From positions 1 through 41,548 of the forward strand of contig JAVHSM010000035.1 of NCBI GenBank assembly GCA_036172155.1: a stretch of 41,548 nucleotides of DNA, given 5' to 3'. The notes under the pieces were generated by a model. It saw nothing but the letters and a program-made list of their open reading frames with translations. It made no database searches and was not told the DNA's origin. Positions 20,001 through 27,281 of this stretch are shown here, piece by piece (the first letter of the stretch is position 1; every line of letters starts with the position of its first letter). Made by a program: the position numbers and the translations under genes. The stretch comes from Candidatus Magasanikiibacteriota bacterium (GTDB lineage: Bacteria; Patescibacteriota; Patescibacteriia; Magasanikbacterales; GWA2-37-8).

Positions 20001-23000
20001 GCTGATGTCGTGTCTTGTCGTGCTTACAAAGGCAGTAGCGCCAATAAAATTCAGACAGTCTTGACCGATACTTTTGAAAATCAAGCAGAACTATTACCGG
20101 AGAATGGCTGGACTACTGATACTTCCACTTCACCCAACAACACCATCAGCTGGTCCACCGAATCTACTCATATCGGCGGACATTCTTTGAGTTTTGTTGG
20201 TGTGGGAGCATTACAAAAAACAGTTCCTCTCAAAGGTGGTAATTTGGACGCTTTGTCCAACCTAGGATACAGTGTGAGTTTTTGGGCCAAAGGCAGTGGT
20301 GTCAATGTAGCAGTTTTAATGCAAGACGGTCGTGGTAATAATACTTCTACTAGTTCGATTTCAGTGAATAATACTTGGCAATATTTTAAATTTAATTTTG
20401 AATTAAACTCAGCAGGGGAGAGCGGTGAAGGAGATTTGATTTTCCAAAATGCCGTTAATGGTAATTTGTTTTTGGATAATTTGCGGGTGACGAAAGTGGT
20501 AGACTATTTGTATCTGGTCAAAGATTCTCTAAGAGTTGATTCGATTTGTGACGATAATCAGCAAGACAACTTGCCAGGTCACGCTTTGGGTTGCACCGCC
20601 TATACCGGTCCGCAAAGTACCAATCCGGATAATTTAAAATCTGCCACCGGTCAAGATCTATATTTCCTTACCAATTTTAGTTTCCTTTGTCGTGATGGCG
20701 CTATCGGTTGTACCGCTTTCAAAGACACCTTCAACAAATCCAATTCCACCGTATCCGACACTGGTCCGCGCGCCTACAATGTCCGTTTGACCGGAGCAAC
20801 TGCCAGTAAAGCGTCAATAGTGCTTGGTAATGATAGCTATTCTTGTAATATTGAACAGGGCAAAACCAGCTGTTATGTGAATATTCTTGGCCATGACAAA
20901 AAAGAAATAGAAACACAATCACTAGGCAATGCCAAAGCGGATTTTGTCAACTCTACTTATTTTGTCCCGGCCGATACTTCCAACTCAGATCCGATTTATT
21001 TGGTCGCCAAAAATGATCAGGTGGATTTCACTTGCAGTTCAGCGGATTTGGGTTGTACTTTTGCCGGTTTGCAAAAAAGCACACCGTCTGGCAATAAATT
21101 CGAAACCACTACCATCAAGCTCGACCCTAATCAGTTTGACACTTGGTCGGATTCTTCCGGTGCTATCAAAGATGGTATCTTGTGTCATCAGGAAGCGCTA
21201 GGTTGTAATGCCTATGCTTCAAGCAAAGGCGACGCCTATTTCAAAGATCCGCAAATTACCGGCGCCAAGATTTGTACCTACAACAATAGTGTGCAAATAA
21301 AAGATGTCAATACCAGTGGTTGGTTTTGGAGTGGTGTGGGAGTTTGCGCCAGCACCTCGACGCCGGCGGTTTTGACTGCCAATACTTGTACCGCCGATTC
21401 CGATTGCGCCGGTGGCAATGTCTGTATCAACAAAGATATCCAACCGTGTTATCCCAATTATTTACAAAACGGCAACGCCTACGGTCTGTGGTCGTATGGC
21501 GATAAAGGCAAATACGACAATTTTGTTGGCACTTGTCCAACACAACAAAATGATTGCACTCAATTTGTCGATCACAACGAATTGGATAGCTTCGGCAATC
21601 CGATCGCTTATTTCAAAATTAACAATGACAAAATCCAAACGAATAATTGTTCCGGTCAGGTCAGTCAAAAAGCCGGTTGTGTGTTATTTGATCAAGTGGA
21701 CAAACCAAATAAAATTTGGAACACCGCGGCGACTTATGCCAAGAGCGACGCCTATTATGTATCTTCGACTTCCGGACAGATTGATATCAATCAGGTTACC
21801 AAAGTACCACCCCAATCGGTACCGGGAAATAATGATGCCAATATTATTATCCAAGTAACTCACGATAGAGAGTGTGCGGAGTGGCTCCAATGCAAACAAT
21901 CGCATCCGGTTTGGGATGACCAACTAAATAGTTGGAAACAGGTCTGTGAAAAAGTCGGTCGCTGTGATCGACTACCGGCCAACGCGCAGGGAAATAATTC
22001 GACCAACTGCGCCGAGTTTATCGACGGCCAACATAGCGACAGCGAACAACTGCTCACCGAAGATCTATATATCAATCGCGACACCACTTGGAACGGCCAC
22101 GACTATGACGGTCTGTCTATCTTGGGTATGTATCCGGTAGAAGAGCTCAAACAATTTGATATCAATACCGACACCAGCACTATATCGGACTGGCGTTTGG
22201 TCAAACCGATAGTTTGTTCGGGCGGAGTCGTTAACAATTGTCCGGATAATCCGCTCAGTGATTTTGCCTGTATCAAATCCGGCGAGTCTTGCGGCCCAGG
22301 TAAAAAAGGTCTGTGTTTGAATGGTAATTGTCTGCGTGATCCTTATGGTGACAATAGTGTTACCGATATCGTAGAAAAATCCCCGAGATATACCTGTCGC
22401 GCCTATCCGGAATCCAGTGCTCCTTTCCCAAATTTTAGCCAAACCAGCAAACAAGATTTTTCGGGAGTGAACAAATGCAATGAATTAACACTAGACCAAG
22501 CGCCAAACCAATTGAATTGTGAATGTAGTTATTCCAAAGTCAGTTTTGGTAATGGTGCGATGACCAAATATTTTGGTTATAATTCTACCACGACCGATAG
22601 TAATAATTCGGTATGTATTGGTGGTAAAAACAACGGAAAACTATGCGAAGGTAAGGATCTGGCTTCCACTTCCGCTACTTCCACGCCGACATCTTGTCAA
22701 GGTGGTACCTGTCAAATACTCGATAAAGTAAGCGAATTTTTGGGCTGGCAGGGGCAGTGTTTGGAAAAGGATTTTTCACGCACTATCAACGGTCTGAAAG
22801 ATGAATACCCATGTTTGTCGTGGTTGCCGGTGGACAAACTCGACGGGGCAATAGATATCAACGACCAAAATTCACTGGCCGGATTTACTCCATATCCAAA
22901 CCACCAATATTGTCTAGATGGAGAATATTATCAAAAATTAAAACCTTTTGGTACTTGTGAATGGCATCCAAAAATTAAATATGTTGGAATCGCTTTCGTA

Positions 23001-25178
23001 CCGAAGTGTGATTCAAAAAAATGTGAAGAATTAGGAAAAAAATACTGTGAAAATTATCCAGGTTTTACACTGAAAACAGATGACCAATATTTTTTTGAAA
23101 AGGTTGATCTACCAGTGATTGGATATTATTGTGGTGGAATAGCGATTGGTGGAAAGAAAGATGGAAATGGTGATTGTAGTGGTTTATTTAATTCTTGTAA
23201 GTGGGATTGTGTTCAAAAGGAAACCGTGGTAAAAGCCGGCGGCTGGATGGCTCTGGACAAACCCACTTCAGCCAATGATACCGCTATTGGTTGTCGTATT
23301 GTGGCTAAAATAGATAAAACAGCTGTCGCCCAGACAGATAATATTTGGAAAGATAAAAAAGACTTTAAATTAACTGTGTTTGATAGTAACTATTTAAATA
23401 ATTTAAATTATAATTTTAATTCACCGATTGATACTTTCGCTAGATTGACTTCTTATACAGACACAGCCAACCAAGATTTAATACGCTTGATGTATTGCAA
23501 TACTAGTCCGACGATTTCAATGCCTTTTAGCGACGGTAGTTGTAAAGATACAAAGAATGAAATTACTACGATTAATGCTGATAGTGGAAAGATTATTAAG
23601 AATTTAACTTATGGTGGTTGGACAATTGGAAGCACGCAAAATTGTACTGACTCTCAAAGTTGTAACGGTGGAGCAAGTGGAGCGGCGTGTGTTGGTGCAG
23701 TGTCTGCACCTGCAAAATGTCAAAGATTTTGTAAAATAGATAATGACTGTAAATTTTCTTATGAAAATGATAATCAAGATCAAGTCTCTGTTGATTTGGG
23801 TAATTGTATTTTACCGAGTTCCGGTACTGGATTAGGCACTTGTAGTAATTTTGCAGATAATGCTTGTTTTGATCACTCCTACGGAGATAAAACCACCAAT
23901 AATTGTCAGCAATGTGTTGGACCAAATAGCAACGGTGAATATATACCTTATAAGTGCAATTGCCAAACGGAACAAATTATATCAAACGAATGTCAAAATG
24001 TGAAAATTGTCAGTTATCCAAATAATACATCTAATGAAAACGGTGTTTGTAAAGTTGCGAAAACTGCAGGCAAATGTAATGATAAAAGTTTAGATCCATA
24101 CAAAGGTACCGATTGTCTAACAAATCATGAATGTTATAGTAAAGTGTGTATTGAGAGCTTTGTAGGGGGTGGCCCAGTGTTTGTTTGTGCGGATAAAGTG
24201 ACACCGCCAAAACCGCCCGATGAAATATCCGCTAAAATTAATAATGCTTTTCACGAATTTCACCAACTATTTGCTAAAGTAGATATTAGTAGTTTGTGGT
24301 TATTTTCAACAAAAAATCAAGCTTATGAATTGTTAAAAGACGACACAACAGTAAAAACAAATTTAATAACCAACGACATCACCAACTTCGGCAATGCCCC
24401 ATCTGTCCACCCTGTCGGCGCCTGCAACTCCTCCGGCCAATGTCTAGAGCTCCCTCAAGCCGGTATTACCATCAACGACCAATCCTCCGGCAACATCTTC
24501 ATCACCGCCCTCCCACACCCCGCCATCCTCCATTTCTTCGCCTCTGCCGACAAAAACCAAATGCCAATAAGAAAAATAAAGATAGACTGGGGAGATGGCA
24601 CCGGCGCCCACCCCTACGGTGGCAACCAAGGCAGCTCATTCTCCAACCAACGCGGCGCCGTACAAGCCAACAGCTGTATCAATGGTAACTGTATATATAT
24701 CGGTACCAACGGACAATCCGTTTCTTCCACCATCCATTGCAGTAAAACCTTCGACTGTAAAAACCAACTCCTAGACATCTGCCAAGAGAAATCCATCGCC
24801 CCCGACTTCGCCACTATCTCCAAAATCACCTGCGACAGTCATTATTTCTCTTTCAATTACACCTACGACTGTATCCAATCCGACACCAAACACTGGAACC
24901 AAGACTGTTCAACTATAGATCCAAAATGGGAAGGTGGCTGTTGTATATTCCACCCCAAAGTACAAGTATTGGATAACTGGGGATGGTGTAATGGAACTTG
25001 TGGAGATGAGAAGTCTGCGGGGGGTGTGGGGTGTTATCAGGGAGAGAAATTAGCAACAGAGGATAATGGTTGGAAAAATGAATGTGATATGTTAGGATCA
25101 CAAAGTATCCCATTCACTCCTCTCAACATCCAAAACATCCTAGTCTCTCCAAACAAAACCGAAAGTCCGATCAAATAA
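17034..25178 (+). CDS. Giant (2714 aa) secreted cysteine-rich protein, function unknown
   Basis: Uninterrupted 8.1-kb ORF. Signal peptide ends AQPAQA. Cys residues are very frequent throughout. A CBM/galactose-binding-like stretch lies at ~20064-20500 ('GHSLSF', 'YSVSFWAKGSG', 'NNTWQYFKFNF', 'LFLDNLRV'). A PKD-like 'IDWGDGTG' lies near the C-terminus. Confidence 0.8.
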   Translation: MFYKKIKKFTIGIILSAFIFSSMAGFLLSAQPAQAIPVEILGDVPRQAGGIFDMIKNGWKIAIMNAFQQAVAYGMRKVAYDSAVYIASGGKGQKPFWHTDNNKSYLQNVADEAAGTAIEQLGSGFGVNLCMIPDVKVDLAFRLGLHYNFATADGNKPPPPSCSFTKFLENWNGDAWASKYGDGAGGVDSSKLFNSSFSADNTDLGLALKSTEQIDRLVAKQTNGASADRIEGQGFKTLANLIDGKTKTPSQAIKQSAEANSPSANQKKSEEQMMAALGAGAYEILPSTLSLFLNTLAGQMVKNFQDKGMLPFGACVGGYGGAACKSGGTAANYDASPDVNGRAVAEAVFSDFLIVKLNPSNNYDIIKELNSGCDTNNRGLYNCRIDQGLVRAIQEDKNGKPMTIAEALSNGSLKGDRKIISPKDQIHDSNCEVDNFYCYSNIRVLRQLGIMPLGLEIAALHSDPDSPWTLSDVVRGFYDCNKNQFGDIIYDPVNHPFCHLVDPNWVIKLNQTKCSVFASSAVPQSSGIPDRIQECEDLKICTAESKDPSHTCLNFGNCLREKNIWRFEADSCDAQFATCRTFADSSGKNVSYLYRTLDTGECDQKTAGCQAYSLEQNDSGNWNPVNKIDYGSYSTGIYLNKNVATNCSANSAGCSAFRALNDDGHGTVFDIKKAPDYLHCYDVGADQSNGIQWPQNFADIAKLKPREECKNYASVCIADEIGCSQYTLADVPAGESAPIIPGKFTPASSTIDAVSGTTITDWNDQCDAKCAGYDAYREMPTKYSAGTALTYLVPPSAYNNSGTTCNANQEGCNSFTNLSTTENGGEKVEYFTDLRACIKPDITKQKNFYTYEGSIAGGYQLQSFVLQEDKTGDSDPNAKAGGPAYVFATDQEKIDAKEICNATKYKSSLQDVLISDCREFNDDKGSVYYRLLSHTVVVSADCTPYRLNSSELAGKDTCFGNGELKDGFCFYQGLPGGIETSAGSSQSCTADVVSCRAYKGSSANKIQTVLTDTFENQAELLPENGWTTDTSTSPNNTISWSTESTHIGGHSLSFVGVGALQKTVPLKGGNLDALSNLGYSVSFWAKGSGVNVAVLMQDGRGNNTSTSSISVNNTWQYFKFNFELNSAGESGEGDLIFQNAVNGNLFLDNLRVTKVVDYLYLVKDSLRVDSICDDNQQDNLPGHALGCTAYTGPQSTNPDNLKSATGQDLYFLTNFSFLCRDGAIGCTAFKDTFNKSNSTVSDTGPRAYNVRLTGATASKASIVLGNDSYSCNIEQGKTSCYVNILGHDKKEIETQSLGNAKADFVNSTYFVPADTSNSDPIYLVAKNDQVDFTCSSADLGCTFAGLQKSTPSGNKFETTTIKLDPNQFDTWSDSSGAIKDGILCHQEALGCNAYASSKGDAYFKDPQITGAKICTYNNSVQIKDVNTSGWFWSGVGVCASTSTPAVLTANTCTADSDCAGGNVCINKDIQPCYPNYLQNGNAYGLWSYGDKGKYDNFVGTCPTQQNDCTQFVDHNELDSFGNPIAYFKINNDKIQTNNCSGQVSQKAGCVLFDQVDKPNKIWNTAATYAKSDAYYVSSTSGQIDINQVTKVPPQSVPGNNDANIIIQVTHDRECAEWLQCKQSHPVWDDQLNSWKQVCEKVGRCDRLPANAQGNNSTNCAEFIDGQHSDSEQLLTEDLYINRDTTWNGHDYDGLSILGMYPVEELKQFDINTDTSTISDWRLVKPIVCSGGVVNNCPDNPLSDFACIKSGESCGPGKKGLCLNGNCLRDPYGDNSVTDIVEKSPRYTCRAYPESSAPFPNFSQTSKQDFSGVNKCNELTLDQAPNQLNCECSYSKVSFGNGAMTKYFGYNSTTTDSNNSVCIGGKNNGKLCEGKDLASTSATSTPTSCQGGTCQILDKVSEFLGWQGQCLEKDFSRTINGLKDEYPCLSWLPVDKLDGAIDINDQNSLAGFTPYPNHQYCLDGEYYQKLKPFGTCEWHPKIKYVGIAFVPKCDSKKCEELGKKYCENYPGFTLKTDDQYFFEKVDLPVIGYYCGGIAIGGKKDGNGDCSGLFNSCKWDCVQKETVVKAGGWMALDKPTSANDTAIGCRIVAKIDKTAVAQTDNIWKDKKDFKLTVFDSNYLNNLNYNFNSPIDTFARLTSYTDTANQDLIRLMYCNTSPTISMPFSDGSCKDTKNEITTINADSGKIIKNLTYGGWTIGSTQNCTDSQSCNGGASGAACVGAVSAPAKCQRFCKIDNDCKFSYENDNQDQVSVDLGNCILPSSGTGLGTCSNFADNACFDHSYGDKTTNNCQQCVGPNSNGEYIPYKCNCQTEQIISNECQNVKIVSYPNNTSNENGVCKVAKTAGKCNDKSLDPYKGTDCLTNHECYSKVCIESFVGGGPVFVCADKVTPPKPPDEISAKINNAFHEFHQLFAKVDISSLWLFSTKNQAYELLKDDTTVKTNLITNDITNFGNAPSVHPVGACNSSGQCLELPQAGITINDQSSGNIFITALPHPAILHFFASADKNQMPIRKIKIDWGDGTGAHPYGGNQGSSFSNQRGAVQANSCINGNCIYIGTNGQSVSSTIHCSKTFDCKNQLLDICQEKSIAPDFATISKITCDSHYFSFNYTYDCIQSDTKHWNQDCSTIDPKWEGGCCIFHPKVQVLDNWGWCNGTCGDEKSAGGVGCYQGEKLATEDNGWKNECDMLGSQSIPFTPLNIQNILVSPNKTESPIK

Positions 25179-25193
25179 TATTCACACTGCATT

Positions 25194-25298
25194 ATCATTC
25201 CCGTGAAAACGGGAATCAACGCTGTCATTCCGAGCCAAGCCGAGGAATCTTCACTCTGTCATCCTGAGCAGAGCGAAGGATCCCTCTCATAATGACAG
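25194..25298 (+). repeat. Cluster of one family-A and two family-B palindromic elements
   Basis: atcattcccgtGAAAacgggaatc (25194-25217). gtcattccgagccaagccgaggaatc (25224-25249). gtcatcctgagcagagcgaaggatccct...aatgacag (25258-25298). Confidence 0.9.
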
Positions 25299-25310
25299 CA
25301 AACAAAAAAA

Positions 25311-25336
25311 CTCTCGAATCATCGAGAGTTTTTTAT
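25311..25336. terminator. Bidirectional Rho-independent terminator between convergent genes
   Basis: aaaaaaa-ctctcga-atca-tcgagag-ttttttatt. The stem is 7 bp, with an A-run upstream and a T-run downstream. Confidence 0.7.
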
Positions 25337-25360
25337 TCTCCTCAGTATATTATTTTATTT

Positions 25361-25402
25361 GTCATTCATTTTAATTTGTCATTCCCGTGTAAACGGGAAT
25401 CC
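25361..25402 (+). repeat. Partial end plus a full family-A element (GUAA loop)
   Basis: gtcattc (25361) and gtcattcccgtGTAAacgggaatcc (25378-25402). Confidence 0.85.
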
Positions 25403-25491
25403 AATCAAATAACATCCTAAGGAGGGAGTGCTAGAAATGCTCATGGGAATTAGCCATGAGACTGTTTCTAGCACATCCCCAAGAGAAAAAT

Positions 25492-25908
25492 TTACTGGAC
25501 ACGTTCCAGCTCGCCGCACTCGCCATCGCCGCCGCAAGCCTCTAGATGGTTAATGTCGTGCCAGGTAATTCCTGACTCTGGCACCCACCACCCGGTGAAG
25601 TGTACACCGCAAACCGGAAACTGTTCGTCCGGTGTAAGTTTCGCTTCCATGATATATAAAATATCATTTAGCGACCGCCACTTTCCGGTAGGCAAGTCCT
25701 TCCGGCAAACCGGCGCAGTCTCAGGCGACGAAGAAACATCACCCTTCGAAACCGAACCGTCGGCGCCGTTGCCATCAGCGCCACCGTCAGTCGGTGGCAC
25801 CCAGTTTGGGTCGCACTCAGGCGACCCAGGACAACCGGTGAGTGCATTGCACCCACCGGCCAATAACACGGCGACCAAAGTCGCCAGGAACATAGCAGTC
25901 ATCTTCAT
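25492..25908 (-). CDS. Small secreted Cys-containing putative lipoprotein in a GC-rich islet
   Basis: ATG (25908-25906) lies 5 nt after a GGAGG (complement of 25914-25918). Signal peptide MKMTAMFLATLVAVLLAGGC has a lipobox-like AGGC. 8 Cys. No family recognised. Confidence 0.6.
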   Translation of the reverse strand: MKMTAMFLATLVAVLLAGGCNALTGCPGSPECDPNWVPPTDGGADGNGADGSVSKGDVSSSPETAPVCRKDLPTGKWRSLNDILYIMEAKLTPDEQFPVCGVHFTGWWVPESGITWHDINHLEACGGDGECGELERVQ

Positions 25909-26010
25909 GACTACCTCCAAGCTACCCCGTTGTCGCCGGGGAGCCGATTACCGCTAACCAGTAGGGTGTGCAACCTGCACGCCTTTTGGATTACGGTGGG
26001 GTGTTTGTTT

Positions 26011-26102
26011 GTCATTGCGAGATTCCCGTTTGCACGGGAATGACAAGCGAAGGAATTCCTCGGCGGAGTTTATACTCGCGAAGCGGGTGCTCGGAATGAC
26101 AG
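26011..26102. repeat. Composite of family-A (inverted, GCAA loop) and family-B elements
   Basis: gtcattgcgagattcccgtttgcacgggaatgac (26011-26044), then gcgaaggaattcctcgg...ctcgcgaagcgggtgctcggaatgacag (to 26102). Confidence 0.85.
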
Positions 26103-26282
26103 ACAAACATACCACCATAATCTTTGCGCGGTAGTCAGATATATTTTTCTCTTGGGTTATAATGGCACAGTCGATTTATCTCTTTTTTCAAGAGCAAACC
26201 AACCGCACACATGTCAAAGAACGAACAGCTTGTAATAGCACTATTAAAGGGTTTTGTCAATCTTTGCCATTCAACCCACCAA

Positions 26283-26321
26283 GGGATTCCTCCGCTCGTG
26301 CGAACTCGGTCGGAATGACAG
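26283..26321 (-). repeat. Family-B half element (inverted)
   Basis: gggattcctccgctcgtgcgaactcggtcggaatgacag. Confidence 0.8.
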
Positions 26322-26493
26322 TATAGACAAAATCCTCCTAATTTAAGCTATTATACCTGTATGGTGACATATTTTTTGGTTATGAACAATGGGGGGGTGG
26401 ATAACTTTTTCTGATTAAAAATGTTTATGGGGGTGGTGGTGTTTTTTTGACATTTTGATGTTTTTTTTGTTACAGTGCCTATGTATTAAATTT

Positions 26494-26893
26494 ATGGATA
26501 CAAAATTATTACTCGATTATTGTTTTACAAATTCTGAAAGGAAATTTGCGACCGCTTCGTCATTATTTCGTTCCAAAAAATATTCCGATTGTTTATTTTT
26601 TTTGCCATCTTACTTTAGAATTTTTGTTAAAAGGTAAATACATAGAAATAAGAAAAGAAATGTTTCCAATTATTCATGATTTAGAAAAAATAGCGTTAAA
26701 AATAAATTTGCCATTGGACAAAAGGCAAAAAGAAGTTTTAACTATTATCAACACATTTAATATCGCCGGTCGATATGGTGATTATAAATTATCTTTTTAT
26801 AAACAAGCGGATAAAAAATTTGCCAAGAAATATTTTGAACATACAAAAAAATTAAGGATATGGATAAAAAAATTTGTACCCAAAGACAAGTAA
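26494..26893 (+). pseudogene. HEPN-domain gene interrupted by a +1 frameshift in a T8 run
   Basis: The N-terminal part 'MDTKLLLDYCFTNSERKFATASSLFRSKKYSDCLFF' is in frame 1. The remainder, 'CHLTLEFLLKGKYIE...IIHDLEKIA...AGRYGDYK', is in frame 2. The switch point is the T8 run at 26596-26603; removing one T restores a single ORF. Confidence 0.7.
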
Positions 26894-27038
26894 AAATTTT
26901 TGCCAAAGATTTTATAAATTATTTAAAAAAACAGCACGGTCTAAAAATAAAAACCGCGTGGTGGTTCCTTTCCATGTCAAAGATTTACCATTAGGAACTT
27001 TGAAGAGTATTTTGAGAGAAGCAGGGATAAATTTATAA
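26860..27038 (+). pseudogene. HicA-like toxin remnant (internal deletion plus frameshift)
   Basis: The N-terminal-like part 'KIFAKDFINYLKKQHGLKIK' is in one frame. The C-terminal-like part 'RVVVPFHVKDLPLGTLKSILREAGINL*' is in another. The central GSH-containing core is missing, and there is no hicB partner. Confidence 0.5.
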
Positions 27039-27188
27039 ATTGACCAATAGTGAACGACTGTATCCATGATGATTAATTCCACCTCCGAAGGCGGATTTTT
27101 TATTGTCTCAAATTGAGACGATGGGCGTATAAAAATGAGACAATCAAAATCACTTGTGGATAAGTATTGTTTAGCGGTTTTTGACGGT

Positions 27189-27217
27189 TTGTTTGGTATT
27201 TGTAAATGTGGTATAAT
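27189..27217 (+). promoter_or_regulatory. Candidate sigma70-type promoter of the T4SS-like operon
   Basis: -35 TTGTTT (27189-27194), a 17-nt spacer, then an extended -10 TGgTATAAT (27209-27217). Confidence 0.45.
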
Positions 27218-27250
27218 ATCCGCGTAAATAATAAGCAGACAGTTTTAATT

Positions 27251-27274
27251 GTCATTCCCGTGAAAACGGGAATC
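27251..27274 (+). repeat. Family-A palindromic element (GAAA loop) in the operon leader
   Basis: gtcattcccgtGAAAacgggaatc, ending 7 nt before the ATG at 27282. Confidence 0.9.
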
Positions 27275-27281
27275 TAAAAAC

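Noticed and set aside
17112-25228. Many 60-160-aa minus-strand or alternate-frame ORFs inside the giant gene (e.g. 18270-18758, 21412-21858, 22065-22454).
   Set aside because: All are nested within an uninterrupted 8.1-kb ORF that has a coherent signal peptide and domain content. None has a motif of its own.
25437-25553. 38-aa Arg-rich plus-strand ORF (MLMGISHETV...RRTRHRRRKPLDG) preceded by AAGGAGGG.
   Set aside because: It overlaps the 3' end of the better-supported minus-strand lipoprotein gene and a long imperfect hairpin (25428-25474). High-GC DNA produces such shadow ORFs, and there is no supporting motif.
25553-25957. 134-aa plus-strand ORF across the GC-rich islet.
   Set aside because: It has no signal or start context. 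It is the antisense shadow of the minus-strand ORF, which has an SD, an ATG and a lipoprotein signal peptide.
26100-26460. Scanned the ~0.4-kb non-coding stretch for a tRNA, another small RNA gene or a decayed gene. It includes a 'ggttataat' box and two G-rich 'atggggg(g)tgg' direct repeats.
   Set aside because: There is no T-loop or acceptor-stem pattern, no convincing structure and no ORF remnant I could identify. I left it unannotated rather than guess.
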